Under the pieces are notes generated by a model. That model saw only the letters and a list, made by a program, of their open reading frames with translations, did not search any database and was not told the origin of the DNA. From the UHGV virus genome UHGV-0311442: a DNA stretch of 64,000 bases; one strand, given 5' to 3'. The DNA comes from a virus. Position numbers and translations under genes: made by a program. Below, piece by piece: positions 28,301 through 39,167 of the stretch. Every line of letters starts with the position of its first letter. Position 1 is the first letter of the stretch.

Positions 28301-29654
28301 AACGTATTTTATCGGTGGTGAAACATACGACGTTCCGTTGATGACGATTAACGTCAGTGAACGTTTTCCGAAATTGAATACAGAAATCTACGCAGGGATT
28401 TTTGTTGATATTGTTGACAACAAAGCGAAGTATATTGTCCACGACAGCTACAGTCAGGCTGAAACGGATACCATGACGCGTGTAGGGTTGATTGGTGTTA
28501 ACGACATTTCTGAGGTGTTCGTTACGGAGATGCGTAATGTCACACGGTTGGGCGATTTCCGTGAACTGAAAGATCATAAAGCCGATGACAACGCACACAT
28601 TCAACGCTCCGCGTCACGTGCAGCGCTTGGGTTAGCTAACTTAACCGTAGGTGCGCCTTGCTGGGCTTCTGGACTCCAGGCAGTAGTACGCGGTGAAGCA
28701 GATTGGCGTTATGTTGTCGATGGGCAGTATAAAGCCTTAGACGGGGTGAAATACGACCAGCTCGCATCCAAGTGGATTTTTGACGCGAAAGGGGTAAGCG
28801 ATAACCTGCACGGGTTTATCCACAGCATGTTCCCAGCTTTTAAGAACGCAGGAATGCGGGTAAGTTGGGAAACAGAAAGTAACGCAAAAACCGGTACGGT
28901 GCTAGAAACTGTTTTAGGATGCTGGAAAAACACCGACGGCGAGTTTATGCGGTTGTCGTTACTTATCACTCGTGGTTATCGTTTAACTGACAGCAACGGT
29001 GAATATTGTTACGCAGGGTTCGGTTTGAACTTCGGTAGCGGGAAATCGGTAGTGTTAGGTTTCACACCAACGAAGCGTGTTACGCCTGCACCGTGGAATA
29101 CGTTACAACCTGACGTAACGTTTACCCACACCCGTGCTGCAAATAACGCAATAACGTTTAACGCAACATTGACCTTAGCGGGCACTACGTATACCATCGT
29201 GGTGTTTTTATCTGCGACTGATAAATACGTAAGTTGCACGGCAGCAGGGGGAGCTACGCAGAAAATCCCTCTAACTGACCGTTTAACTGGGTTCAATATC
29301 GCACCTATCGTTAACGATCCGTATACCCCTATTTACTACGGTTTAGGGGGACTTTATGAGGATGAAGTTCGTGCCAACATCCGTTCTACGGCAGATAGCG
29401 CAACCGCGAATAAAGTCTATGGTACGTTGTTAGACTATATTAGCAACTATTCCTCATTAAATCGTGTGCGCGTTATGGAATTGACCGGTGTCAGTTCAGA
29501 CCCCGAAACGCTTAATGCGTTAGTGGCAACTGAATTTAATAACAACCTGGCGGATTACGCTGCGTTACCGATACCTCCTTATCTTAACAAGGAGCGCGTA
29601 ATGTCGTTTATCGACACCAACAATAAAGTGCAGGCGGTAATCATTCGCGATTAA
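25332..29654 (+). CDS. tail fibre protein (1440 aa)
   Basis: AGGAG RBS; tail-fibre-type repeat motifs (GNVANTPDVDLPISTAQRAEL; GNATTAQRGLIKFG); N-terminal PFF module shared with the next three genes. Confidence 0.65.
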   Translation: MAVVLDPHFKKPGNKITGEAVAVFGTKYRMLVPAHAPFFTTSLVVKSGGKTLTIGDDYVITHPYETGMLRTAYLIHGMIWIVNDKYKSNFTVDYHAVGCGQATQQQITAERELNKDKYPSACQWDTVIGDVYFPPVDIQFDWENWKGELELMQAIAGLGDSLGEVVSRLNPIARNTLDLEYRANSKVITSEQYAVYDNKGGFTYNTARHRYSLSYKTATFNDYALSVKHRIPAILPDMTKLNPNEQIDWMLCYANGGASILRLQLKQRKISLVLTVAIGSGSTNYDYTLINGLTDDELKNDIDFSVTRQPGNGVYVIVVKTNKQTMDYTFNVDTPPDEFSAGYSKTDVAKWLKFKTNINLNWYAAENDYIQIRSLPGAPEPDIDNDVYQLIVKYHQLVEQLYRNAPAHEHVTRKDNPHTDTWGPIRALELNGIATDAALAYGKTKQQLTDYVNAKYPTQATLTAQKKLLRESPSKNVNGTITTLPGFTSFTTEVDPVSMSKYVSPYFSESYVSSGHRYHGALRYTGAKSGFSANFNAVPANLQDIDFIVTGRKTASGNEAVGRVGLRFYENPGSNSGKYVEITGEVWSGTLTIELALHGYGSPVPAVRYISQAPNPAIPDGDFTLRFQLKRTGNVFDVVITVNSKTYSGRINFNNMDAALEALENQHHFKSLINNVADAVTISSQNKGNTVTIKKAPDVVDETRLGAQFVVDPKSIKFIGQGSTDVNVANNPVTFQAGTNQLVLYPDDRGLLWRGKKLLDPTTVAPYLPGNTAGGTGLFYASSTTTVTITGSGIKASPFVATFILPTATDTTALAAWQLTDEFGTAENLAATPALIEKLDAEFTGKLVAVKSYINDMQLTSSVTIDKITFGLGNVANTPDVDLPISTAQRAELDKYSPKVHQHPFTAFGTGNATTAQRGLIKFGLDVDDATLALDGSVVMAQTSQIEKLERAVSGVDSEARLDIIRFGESGNDLIDVTVKDKILVTLPASTYFIGGETYDVPLMTINVSERFPKLNTEIYAGIFVDIVDNKAKYIVHDSYSQAETDTMTRVGLIGVNDISEVFVTEMRNVTRLGDFRELKDHKADDNAHIQRSASRAALGLANLTVGAPCWASGLQAVVRGEADWRYVVDGQYKALDGVKYDQLASKWIFDAKGVSDNLHGFIHSMFPAFKNAGMRVSWETESNAKTGTVLETVLGCWKNTDGEFMRLSLLITRGYRLTDSNGEYCYAGFGLNFGSGKSVVLGFTPTKRVTPAPWNTLQPDVTFTHTRAANNAITFNATLTLAGTTYTIVVFLSATDKYVSCTAAGGATQKIPLTDRLTGFNIAPIVNDPYTPIYYGLGGLYEDEVRANIRSTADSATANKVYGTLLDYISNYSSLNRVRVMELTGVSSDPETLNALVATEFNNNLADYAALPIPPYLNKERVMSFIDTNNKVQAVIIRD

Positions 29655-29667
29655 GGAGATTTTTTTG

Positions 29668-32600
29668 ATGAAAGCGTATCCTTACGATCCTCGGGGGACG
29701 AAAGCCGAGAATCACTTCTTAGAGGAGCGTATCATCGGGTCAGAAAATAACAACGATCGGGTGGTGATTTTAGACCATCGCCCGTTCTTTGAAGATTTAG
29801 TCGTCAGACAACCAGGTTCAACCACCCCACTGAGTCGTGGGGTGGACTACGAACTGCAATATCAGCTGACGGAACTGGATGACTCGGTAGCAGCCAACGT
29901 GTATTGTGGGGTACACCTTATCAACCCATCCATCAAAGGCATCGTAACCTTTGAAGGGCAAATGCTCGGCGGTACGTTCTACGACCCGTTTGTTGATATT
30001 CTCGATGAACTGGTGAAATATTTGAATAACCCAGTCAGTGCTGACTGGCTGTTATTAGACGGTAGACCATCGTTATATCCAGCGACGCCAGCAGCAACGT
30101 CCTGGGCGGATTTGCTGAACAAAAAATATTTAGCGTCGGCAGTTCACGATATTGAATTGAAAACCGACGACGCTAACCAGCTAATTAAAGACAAATTAGC
30201 TGAAGTTAAAGCGTTAGTGACTGCGTTGGGTAAAGAAATCGAAGCATTTAACTACCCGGCACATATCGCAGCGAAGAACCCGCACGAAACCACATCCGCG
30301 CAGATTAACGCGCATCCTGTTAACTTGAAAACACCCGACACCTTTATGGCGTACGGGTTAAAGTTGAAAGCACTGACGGATGAGCTGAAAGCGTTTCGTT
30401 TACCGCAGTCGGTTATCGATACGTATATCTCTCACTGGATTTCTTCGGAAGTGCGGGGCGTGTTTAACTGTACGGTGTCAGGAAACCGCGCACAGTTCCG
30501 TTCGAAAAACGGTGAGTCCGAAATCATTTTTGCCAACGATGGTTTTACGTTAAAATCCAACGGTTCTGTGGTGTTAGCGGTAGGGCATCTGGAAGGCACA
30601 GGTGCAGGACGCTATATCAACTGGCGTGCCGGTAAAAACACATTACGCATCGAGTCAACAGGCGATGCTTTAGGGATGAACAAACTCACCCTGAACGGTA
30701 ACCCGTTACTGACTACCACGGCGTTGATGGAATACCAACAAGATCCAGATGCGGGTTCTGGTGGCGGTGGCGACCCTGATGACTCGAAGGTGTACATTGA
30801 AGGTCGTAATGGGATTAGCTTTACCGGTAAAGGTTCTCGCGCCGACCCTATCGTGGGGACTATCGACCCAACAAAAGCGACAACCGCCGAAAAAGGCGTC
30901 GCTAAACTTAAAACAGGTAAAGGTACAGAAACGACTGGGGTTGCTGCAACACCGGCTTCGTTAGCACCATACTCGACCGACCTATCGGGGTATGTGGCTA
31001 AAACGACCATGATTAACGGTAAGCCGATGAACGACGGCTCCAGGACAATCACGAAAGCTGATCTGGGGTTAGGGCGAGCGGATAACACCGCAGACGTTGA
31101 CAAGCCGTTGTCTACCGAGTTAAATACGGCGCTTAGTGGTTTAGCGGATGCAGGTCACCACCACGATTGGTCGGAACTAGGCATTTATAAAGCCTCGCAA
31201 ACCGTTTACGGTATCGGTCGTTACGCAACTAACCAGAACGGTTTGGTTGAAAACCGTGCAGTGGTGCCGAACGTCTTAAAAGAACTTTCGGCGCGTTTAG
31301 ATGTGGTCGCCGCGGCGATTGCAAACGCGAAAGAAGGGTCGGTAACAGATTTCGCTGCGGTAAAAGGCGCAGACTGGCGCTTTAATAGCCAGGGTACGGC
31401 AATCTCCGTTCAAGATTTGAAATATTTCTATTTGCTGAACGGTGCGAAAGCTGATAGCGCCGTTACAGGTTCGATTGACCTGCAAACTACGCCGATGTTT
31501 AACTGGTTCTCACCGAACAACCAAATTGAGACGACCTGGCCTACGGGGAAAGTGAGTGCTGGTAAGGGCATTAGCTGGACAGGTATTGAAGAACCACCAC
31601 TAATGGGTTTCCAATCTGTTCCGGTAGGTAAAACTGCCTCACAGATGGGCGACCAGTCAGTTGTTACTGTGTTGGCCAAAACGCGGGTAAGAGCACGCCA
31701 GCCGAAGCTTTGGGTTTATGCCGCTGGAGGTGGCCCGGTTACAGTTTACATTAACGGTATCCAGGCAGCCACAGGCCAGTCTCCGCTCGTTGCAGTGTAC
31801 GAAACATCAGCGGACGTTGAAAACTACACCGTAGCGGTTAAAGCTGAGTGTAGCGACACGGCTAAATCCGCAGCGGTGCAATTCGAAATTTACGACGGTG
31901 ACTACCCCGTTTATTTCAGTGGCCCTGAAACGCACGTAGAGCTTCTCCAAGAGTTTGTTACAACACACGTAGGCATTCGTCATTATCTGTACGTTAACAT
32001 GCTCACAGGCTCTCTGTATTCGCGTACTGAGCCAATTCAGAGTATTGCAGTTGACCCTGAGCGCGGTTATATCGGCTACGTTGATATTGTTGCCGGTGAA
32101 TCTTACTCGAATAAAACCGTGAGTTTTGAAACCACGTTTGATTTCGGGAAAAGTACCGAGGTTAGTGAGCACATCGACGCTCGTAAAGCACACGGACTCA
32201 GTTCTGTAGACTGGACGTTAACGGATAACCCACGGTTGCCGTTATTAAATCGTGCGATTGCTGAACCGAGAACGTGTATTTTTAGAAAAGCGTTAACGGC
32301 CGGTACTGGTGATGTTTTTCATCTGGTAAGTCGTGGTCTTTATACCTACGCACACAACCAAAACGTGAAGTCCAGTCTTCAATACGTTGTGATACCTGAG
32401 GGTGCTACACCGTATTGCTGGTTTACACCGTTTAACCCGAAAGAAAACAACGCGCCGACGTTCGAAGGTTCGTTTGCGTTCGACGTTGACGATGTCGGTG
32501 GAACACAAGCACTCACGGCTGCACCGGATTTGGTGCTGTGTACGTCAACACAAGGTAGCAGCGTTAAACGTCGTTACGTACGTATTGACCTAACTGCCAA

Positions 32601-33849
32601 AGCGTGTAAGCTGGGGATTGGTTCTCGTTCAGATTCTGCTGTTACGGATATCCCGTTAGTGATGGAGGAATCTGGGGAAACGGCGGTGGTGGCAACGTTT
32701 AAGGATGTGTTGTTCAACGGCGAGGAAACCAACGCAGCGATACTCGACTTGATAGGCTGGGGTCCAAATAAAGACAAAATCTCTGCAAACCATGCGCCAC
32801 GTGGTATGATTCGTTATCGTTACAACGTAAACACTCGGGTATTACGTTTAGCACTCTCATTCTCACAGTTCGGAACGACAACAGTTAAGCAACGTCAGTT
32901 GGAAATTCAATTCCCGTTTGATTTAGTGGATTACTTCACCGGTGACGGTGTAGGGTTGTCGTTTAAAGAACTGTCTGCGAAATGCCGTGTAACGATTAGC
33001 CACGCACTGATTGATCCGGTCACGACTAAAATCGATATTGATAAGTACCATTACTTACGCTCGTTATTTGAGTCGTATTTGGACGCATCTGTTGGTTATT
33101 TGGCTGATACCAAAGACGTCGACTTTAGTCAGTCTGTGATTGACCCAGCGACTTATGAGATTAGTCAGAAATACCGCGTTACCGAAAGCATTGCGCTGCC
33201 GACCGGCCAGGGAAGTGTTGCTGTTTCCCATGACGGCCAGTTACCTGCGCAGTTCTTTGACCGTAAGCTTTCTCGTGGTGCTTTGATGGCCAAGAAAGGT
33301 GAACTTCATGCCTCCTGGAACAATGAGTGGAGTACATCCAAAGCTGCCGCAAACCGGTATCGGCATAAACTCATTCTACGCTTTGCGCAAGGTGCTGATA
33401 AACAGCAGTACCGTGTTGCAAAAGTGGCAGGAACGGTGAAGTGTAACTGGCCGGGTAAGGTGATTATCGGCGATGCTGGGAAGGACGCGTATGTATCAGC
33501 TATTGATAGCGTGCCGTTTGCGCTTTCGACCAGCGCGGACACAGGTAAAGCAGTTACCCTTACGCCAAAGGATCTACGTGTAGGGCAGGATATTTATATT
33601 GTCTTAGAACCACCGGGTAATAATCCTGAAGGCTACGAGCTTAACTTTACCTGTTCGTTAGATGTCACTGACGAGAACGGTGTTCGTCAAGACCAACTCA
33701 ATGCGCAGAGCTTCGAACTCCGTAGCGGCGAAAGTCAATTCTTAATGGAGAAACGCAATCCGTACCACATCACGAGTAAAGCGTGGAAGTGGATTTTGGC
33801 TGTACTGAAACGAGAACTTAACGGGAAGCAGTTAGGGAATCGTACTTAG
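29668..33849 (+). CDS. tail fibre protein (1393 aa)
   Basis: AAGGAGA RBS; classical fibre motifs KATTAEKGVAKLKTGKGTETTGVAATPASL and ADLGLGRADNTADVDKPLSTELNTALSG. Confidence 0.7.
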   Translation: MKAYPYDPRGTKAENHFLEERIIGSENNNDRVVILDHRPFFEDLVVRQPGSTTPLSRGVDYELQYQLTELDDSVAANVYCGVHLINPSIKGIVTFEGQMLGGTFYDPFVDILDELVKYLNNPVSADWLLLDGRPSLYPATPAATSWADLLNKKYLASAVHDIELKTDDANQLIKDKLAEVKALVTALGKEIEAFNYPAHIAAKNPHETTSAQINAHPVNLKTPDTFMAYGLKLKALTDELKAFRLPQSVIDTYISHWISSEVRGVFNCTVSGNRAQFRSKNGESEIIFANDGFTLKSNGSVVLAVGHLEGTGAGRYINWRAGKNTLRIESTGDALGMNKLTLNGNPLLTTTALMEYQQDPDAGSGGGGDPDDSKVYIEGRNGISFTGKGSRADPIVGTIDPTKATTAEKGVAKLKTGKGTETTGVAATPASLAPYSTDLSGYVAKTTMINGKPMNDGSRTITKADLGLGRADNTADVDKPLSTELNTALSGLADAGHHHDWSELGIYKASQTVYGIGRYATNQNGLVENRAVVPNVLKELSARLDVVAAAIANAKEGSVTDFAAVKGADWRFNSQGTAISVQDLKYFYLLNGAKADSAVTGSIDLQTTPMFNWFSPNNQIETTWPTGKVSAGKGISWTGIEEPPLMGFQSVPVGKTASQMGDQSVVTVLAKTRVRARQPKLWVYAAGGGPVTVYINGIQAATGQSPLVAVYETSADVENYTVAVKAECSDTAKSAAVQFEIYDGDYPVYFSGPETHVELLQEFVTTHVGIRHYLYVNMLTGSLYSRTEPIQSIAVDPERGYIGYVDIVAGESYSNKTVSFETTFDFGKSTEVSEHIDARKAHGLSSVDWTLTDNPRLPLLNRAIAEPRTCIFRKALTAGTGDVFHLVSRGLYTYAHNQNVKSSLQYVVIPEGATPYCWFTPFNPKENNAPTFEGSFAFDVDDVGGTQALTAAPDLVLCTSTQGSSVKRRYVRIDLTAKACKLGIGSRSDSAVTDIPLVMEESGETAVVATFKDVLFNGEETNAAILDLIGWGPNKDKISANHAPRGMIRYRYNVNTRVLRLALSFSQFGTTTVKQRQLEIQFPFDLVDYFTGDGVGLSFKELSAKCRVTISHALIDPVTTKIDIDKYHYLRSLFESYLDASVGYLADTKDVDFSQSVIDPATYEISQKYRVTESIALPTGQGSVAVSHDGQLPAQFFDRKLSRGALMAKKGELHASWNNEWSTSKAAANRYRHKLILRFAQGADKQQYRVAKVAGTVKCNWPGKVIIGDAGKDAYVSAIDSVPFALSTSADTGKAVTLTPKDLRVGQDIYIVLEPPGNNPEGYELNFTCSLDVTDENGVRQDQLNAQSFELRSGESQFLMEKRNPYHITSKAWKWILAVLKRELNGKQLGNRT

Positions 33850-33887
33850 GACAGGCTGCCTGCGGGCAGTTGTGTGTCCGTAGGTAA

Positions 33888-33924
33888 CCCCTCCCTGTAA
33901 TGGGGAGGGGTATCCATTTTATTT
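33888..33924 (+). terminator. rho-independent terminator
   Basis: hairpin CCCCTCCC-tgtaa-TGGGGAGGGG followed by TATCCATTTTATTT. Confidence 0.55.
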
Positions 33925-33943
33925 AAAAGTAGGAGTCTTTACG

Positions 33944-36900
33944 ATGCCGAGAGAAGACGCGGCGCAGTTTAACGGTACGCTAAGCACAGCGACGTACCCT
34001 AACCGATTTAACGTGGTCATTCCGCCTGAAGGACCTTTTTATCGTATCGGATTAAAACTCACAGTAGCCGACGATACCGCGCCTAACGGACGTCGTACTC
34101 TGATTGAGGGGTTGGACTACTATTTAGGCTATTACTTTAAAGAACTCGCAGAAGCTGAGCAAGATCAGATTTACGGCGGGTTCATGTTGCTGACCGCAAC
34201 AGAAATCGAATATGAGATTTTAGGGGTAGCACGCCAGTATCGTGTACCACAATCTGAAATCGGAAAGTTCTTAGTTCGTACTGACCTGAAAGACCCACGT
34301 AACGTGGACTGGTCAGAGTTAATGGCGTATGCGCCAGTTATTCAACCCATCGATCCTCCTGCTAACTTAGAAGAAGCTATTCTGAGGGATGAGGTTGTTA
34401 AAGCGTTAAACGATATCCGTAAGAAAATCGTTCAACGTTCAACAGAGTTAGATGCAGCGTTTACCGAAGTCACTAACCTGATTTACGAGAACGGTAAAAA
34501 GGTTTTCGACGAGGAGTTATACCAACACCACCTTAATCCTAACGCACACCAGTATACGACCACTGATGTTGGTGCCCTTCCGGTTTTGGGACGTGCTGTC
34601 GACGCTACAAAAGCGTTTGGACTGACGATTGACGAATTGGCTACGCTGATGGGTTCGGCGGGTATTGAGCAATCAGACGTTGATCAGTTAATGGGTGAAG
34701 CCCTTGGTACCGTTTACGGTCGTTGGGGTAGCACAAACGGTAACGAGCTGACGTTTAAAACCGCAGGCGGACACATCATCAGTATCCGTGGTGATAAGTG
34801 GTTAATTACCTCACCGCAACCGTTGGTGATTAAAGCAGACCAGGACAACAACGAATCGGGTTTGGCGGTTGAATTTAGTGCGGGACTGAATACGCTTTGG
34901 GTGCACTCTGGGACAGAACAGGATGTATTAGCGCCGGTTTACAACTCTGTGTATTTGGTTACACCAGAAATGGTGAACATGTACCTGACGTCTGTAACGT
35001 TACTTGAAGCAAATGCCTATTTCAAACCATCAGACAGCGTAAAACCATACGGTACAGCGAAGCAGTCTAATCCGCTAACGTTGAACGCGAATATTCCCAC
35101 AGCAACCGAGTCGGTTTATGGGGTGTTTTCGATTACGAATATCGCAACCTCCGTAGCACTAGGCACTGCTATTTCCCAAAAGGCGGTGACCGAATTAAAA
35201 GACCGGTTAGACTTGTACGTTGACGATGACTACACGGTTAACGGTAAAGGGTTTGTTAAGACAGGCGATAAAATGGTGTTAACCTTAACGAAAACCGATT
35301 TCGGTATCGATAAGATGGATAACACCATGCCGATCGCTAAACCGGTAACAAAAGCGTTAGCGAATGTGCTGAAAAATAAAAGTGTGAAGGAGCACACGCA
35401 CACTACCGCCGATTTGGATAATGTCCCGATTGGTAGTGCGACTGTAGATGGTATTTTACAGTTGTGGGATGCGATTGATGCCACGAATGATAAAGCCGTC
35501 ACGTCTCGTCAAGGGTGGTTGTTCGCAAAAGAGATCAAGAAGGTTTCCGATAAACTGAATACCATCTTACCTGCGTGGACTGTCGGTGGGGCGAAGTTCG
35601 GTAACAAAAACTTCTTACCCATTCCGGCACTCGGTAATTATTCAGGTTTTACAAAGAACCAGTCCTATCAGAAAGGCGTTGTAGGATATCAACAAGGTAA
35701 AGTTTATTCGTTACGTAATGCTTCTAATGGTGTACCTGGTACAGAGGCTATTTATTACGGTTATGCTGATATCAATACGTCGAATGCATTTGAGAACCCT
35801 CAGCAAACTTCGGTGAAATACCATCCTGCTGGGATGAGTAAATATCCTGGAGTGACCTTAAAAGCTATTTTGATCGGTGGTCAGGAAGCGATTATTTGTC
35901 TGGGTTCTGACAATAACCGTTATCTGGTCTTGTTCAATGGCTCGATGGACCACAGTAAGCACACAGTGGTGTGCCGTGTTACAATGCCGAATTATCGCGA
36001 TAATAGTCCCACTGGTTCAAACGAGATTCCGTGGAATCCTCGGCCAGAATCTGACGATGTTGTTCTGGTTGACGACCACGTTTACCTTCTTCGCTCCACG
36101 GTAAATAACGCTGCTTATGCCGTGGCGGCATGGCGTTTACGTAAAGCCGATTTGTCTACTAATGTTGCGTTAGAATTTGAACGTGTAACGTTAAATGGTG
36201 AAATGGGACAATTCGGAGATAACCTCTGCCTAAGAATTGGCCAGAAGACCGAAGAGTCGCAGACTGGTCAATTCTTCACGTATTACCCACCCGAGGCACG
36301 GGCTAAATGGACAATCGGTCACAACTTTGTCCATGGTCCAGAATGTAACCATGCTTGTGCGGTGCGTGACAGTGTGATTCGTGTGAATCATGTACCCACT
36401 GTGTGGTTTGCGGCTGCCGACGGTTCGACGATTAATTTCCGTCAATGGTCAACAAGTTTCACAATCGATACGTTAACGGGTAGAGTTACGTTGGAGGGTG
36501 CCGAACGTTTCCCCATTAAGGCTGATACTACCACACTGACGTTCGCGGATGGTTCAACTGTAGAAACCAGTCGTAAGTGGGGCGGTGGTCAAGCAAACAA
36601 TCGTTGTTTTGCAACGTATGCTAAACCTAACGGCACCGGAATGATGCTTTCCTGTTGGCAGGTTAACGATGCGGACCAGATGCCGAATGTTTCTATTAAA
36701 GGAACGCAAGGCAAAGAGTTTTTCGATTATTTGCGTTACGATAACCCGAACAATACCTCAGGCGAAGGAACGTTTACTTGGGATAAAGGCCGTGGTTCTA
36801 TCTATACCATCGGTCTTTCTCATCCTGTCGGTATCGGTGGTTCGAATAAGGTTTGGCTATCCAATCCACGCAACCGTTATACGATCGAAGTAGAAGTTGA

Positions 36901-39127
36901 CCCAAGTAAACCTTATGACGTTCCTGGATATAGCGGTTATGGCCCGAACAACAACCGTCGAGAAGTTGATGCAACCCTTTACGAACAGTTAAGCTGTATG
37001 GCTGCTTGCATGACTCCAGAGGAGCGTCACGGCCAGTTAAACGGTTGGTATTTGACGAAAGCGGAAACCTTCCCATATCGAAACATCTACGGTAACTTTG
37101 CCCTGTCATCAGAACGGCTGACGTTAGAGGAAGCGGATCGCCAGAAGATGATTAGGATGATTGTCGATGGTGCACCATCTGGTCAGGCAAACGGTTACGC
37201 GAACGAGCGCATCAGCGCAGCACACCAAAGCGGTAACGCGTTGTTTGCGCTCTGGTTGCTAGGCATTAACACTGTTTGTGAGTTCGACTTATTACAAGTC
37301 TCATGCATGAAAATCTTGAGTAACGGACGTCGAGTTCTCGACATCTATTATTTCATGGTGAGTCCGACTAAAGAAAACGGTTATCTACGTTTTAACTCGG
37401 CTACTTTCAAACTCGTTGATTGGTTCTTAGACCTTGATTACGGCTTAAGTTATCAGTCTCTGAGGGAAGAAGCGGGTAATAAAACGCGACGTGTAGGCCA
37501 GCCAATTTTTGCTTCTGCCGACGGTGTAAACTTCGGTCTATGGCTACCTTATACGCTGACAATACGGAATATCGGGGACCTAAATGCTTTGGGTTACGCT
37601 GCGAAGTATACCTTCGACCCTGGGTCGGGTTGGACTCGCGTTCCCGGTAAGTCACAATTGCGTCGGATGGCCCCTGCTCATAATCCCGAAACAGGCTGCT
37701 ACATGGGTGCGGGTAATTGGGACAAGATGGCACTAATTTTCTCTAAAGCAGATCGTGTCTTCTGTTCAGGTAACGCATATACAGCCGAAGAGTTCGTTAA
37801 TGACACCAGATTCACAACTGGGGGACAGGCGGTTATTATCGCTGGTGTGGAAACTGCCGAAGGTTGGATTCTATATTTGACGGAAGAGGTCAGGTTAGAT
37901 TTCGGTAGTAATAGCTATACATTACCGACGTGGTTGGTGGATTTAAGCAATGAATTCCCAGAAAACCATGCTAACCAGACGTTCTATGTTCATGCTGCTC
38001 TTGTAGGTTCGAAAGCTCAATATCAGATCGGTCTGGAAAAGCTGCCGGATACGAGTTCGCGATTATTTGTTGGTACAGTTACAACCGATAAAAAGCGCAT
38101 AGTTGCTATTAACATCGATAAAGTGAAACGGTTAGGCAGGGTTCGTGAATTAGAAGAACACGCTGCTGTTAGAGATCAGCACGACGTTGCAGCGGCGTAC
38201 GATCGAAAAACGGGTCCACTCCAAACCTTGGTTAACCAACCGCTGAAAGCCCCCACGGCATCTGCGGGCAAGGGTGCAGGGTATGCCGATGGTCAGAGAT
38301 GGAATGCGTTGACCGGGATCACAACACGTCCCAAACTGCCGATACAGGAAACCTACGCAGGTTATAAAAGTATCGGTAGAGTAGCGTATGAGAACTGCGC
38401 TGATCAGTTCTGGCAGAAAGCGGTCGCTGCAAACGTTGCAGCGGCTACTGCGTCTGAGAACAGTCAAGCGGCAGCCGCGAACATGAAGTGGTTGGGCGCG
38501 TATACGAAACCGACTACAGGTGCGAATGCATATCTGGCGCTGAGTCTGCGTGTTAAAGTGCCTGGTAATCCCGGCACCGCTAATCGTAGACTAAAAATCA
38601 GGCTTGCGGCTCCGACAGGTATAACCCAAGTTCGTTACGGGTTAAACCAGTCTGGTGGCACGATGACTGAACAGACAGTAACGTTAACTGCTAACAGTTA
38701 TCTGGAAAAAGAACACGCCGGATTTAAGCCAGCCGAAGAAGTCCGTGTACATGCTACGTTTGTCATTCCAAAAAATGAATACGATAGCTACCGTACGAAG
38801 TTCGGTGCTGTTCAGCTGATTGACGTTGAGTCGAACACTGTCATTAAACAGACAGATATCGACACACCGTTTATCGTGTATACCGACACGGAGTTAGCAG
38901 CGCAATCTGGTTTGGTGTATAAAGCGGTTAAGGGTCAGTTCCATCAACTCCCGTCTCAACCTGTCGTCATTGTAACTGATGGACAGACAGGGACTACGCC
39001 ACCGGTGAAAACCTCGTTTGCTGACGGGACATTAACGGTCTACGTGGCAACCACGTACGATGCGGTTAACCCAGCACAAACCCGCGATATCGATAAGCTC
39101 CAGTTCAATCTTATGTTTACATCTTAA
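33944..39127 (+). CDS. tail fibre / receptor-binding protein (1727 aa)
   Basis: shares N-terminal GPFY...DYxLxY module; largest ORF of the operon. Confidence 0.6.
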   Translation: MPREDAAQFNGTLSTATYPNRFNVVIPPEGPFYRIGLKLTVADDTAPNGRRTLIEGLDYYLGYYFKELAEAEQDQIYGGFMLLTATEIEYEILGVARQYRVPQSEIGKFLVRTDLKDPRNVDWSELMAYAPVIQPIDPPANLEEAILRDEVVKALNDIRKKIVQRSTELDAAFTEVTNLIYENGKKVFDEELYQHHLNPNAHQYTTTDVGALPVLGRAVDATKAFGLTIDELATLMGSAGIEQSDVDQLMGEALGTVYGRWGSTNGNELTFKTAGGHIISIRGDKWLITSPQPLVIKADQDNNESGLAVEFSAGLNTLWVHSGTEQDVLAPVYNSVYLVTPEMVNMYLTSVTLLEANAYFKPSDSVKPYGTAKQSNPLTLNANIPTATESVYGVFSITNIATSVALGTAISQKAVTELKDRLDLYVDDDYTVNGKGFVKTGDKMVLTLTKTDFGIDKMDNTMPIAKPVTKALANVLKNKSVKEHTHTTADLDNVPIGSATVDGILQLWDAIDATNDKAVTSRQGWLFAKEIKKVSDKLNTILPAWTVGGAKFGNKNFLPIPALGNYSGFTKNQSYQKGVVGYQQGKVYSLRNASNGVPGTEAIYYGYADINTSNAFENPQQTSVKYHPAGMSKYPGVTLKAILIGGQEAIICLGSDNNRYLVLFNGSMDHSKHTVVCRVTMPNYRDNSPTGSNEIPWNPRPESDDVVLVDDHVYLLRSTVNNAAYAVAAWRLRKADLSTNVALEFERVTLNGEMGQFGDNLCLRIGQKTEESQTGQFFTYYPPEARAKWTIGHNFVHGPECNHACAVRDSVIRVNHVPTVWFAAADGSTINFRQWSTSFTIDTLTGRVTLEGAERFPIKADTTTLTFADGSTVETSRKWGGGQANNRCFATYAKPNGTGMMLSCWQVNDADQMPNVSIKGTQGKEFFDYLRYDNPNNTSGEGTFTWDKGRGSIYTIGLSHPVGIGGSNKVWLSNPRNRYTIEVEVDPSKPYDVPGYSGYGPNNNRREVDATLYEQLSCMAACMTPEERHGQLNGWYLTKAETFPYRNIYGNFALSSERLTLEEADRQKMIRMIVDGAPSGQANGYANERISAAHQSGNALFALWLLGINTVCEFDLLQVSCMKILSNGRRVLDIYYFMVSPTKENGYLRFNSATFKLVDWFLDLDYGLSYQSLREEAGNKTRRVGQPIFASADGVNFGLWLPYTLTIRNIGDLNALGYAAKYTFDPGSGWTRVPGKSQLRRMAPAHNPETGCYMGAGNWDKMALIFSKADRVFCSGNAYTAEEFVNDTRFTTGGQAVIIAGVETAEGWILYLTEEVRLDFGSNSYTLPTWLVDLSNEFPENHANQTFYVHAALVGSKAQYQIGLEKLPDTSSRLFVGTVTTDKKRIVAINIDKVKRLGRVRELEEHAAVRDQHDVAAAYDRKTGPLQTLVNQPLKAPTASAGKGAGYADGQRWNALTGITTRPKLPIQETYAGYKSIGRVAYENCADQFWQKAVAANVAAATASENSQAAAANMKWLGAYTKPTTGANAYLALSLRVKVPGNPGTANRRLKIRLAAPTGITQVRYGLNQSGGTMTEQTVTLTANSYLEKEHAGFKPAEEVRVHATFVIPKNEYDSYRTKFGAVQLIDVESNTVIKQTDIDTPFIVYTDTELAAQSGLVYKAVKGQFHQLPSQPVVIVTDGQTGTTPPVKTSFADGTLTVYVATTYDAVNPAQTRDIDKLQFNLMFTS

Positions 39128-39167
39128 CGCCACGAGACAAGGACGTCTCGGATTAAGGAGAGTGGCC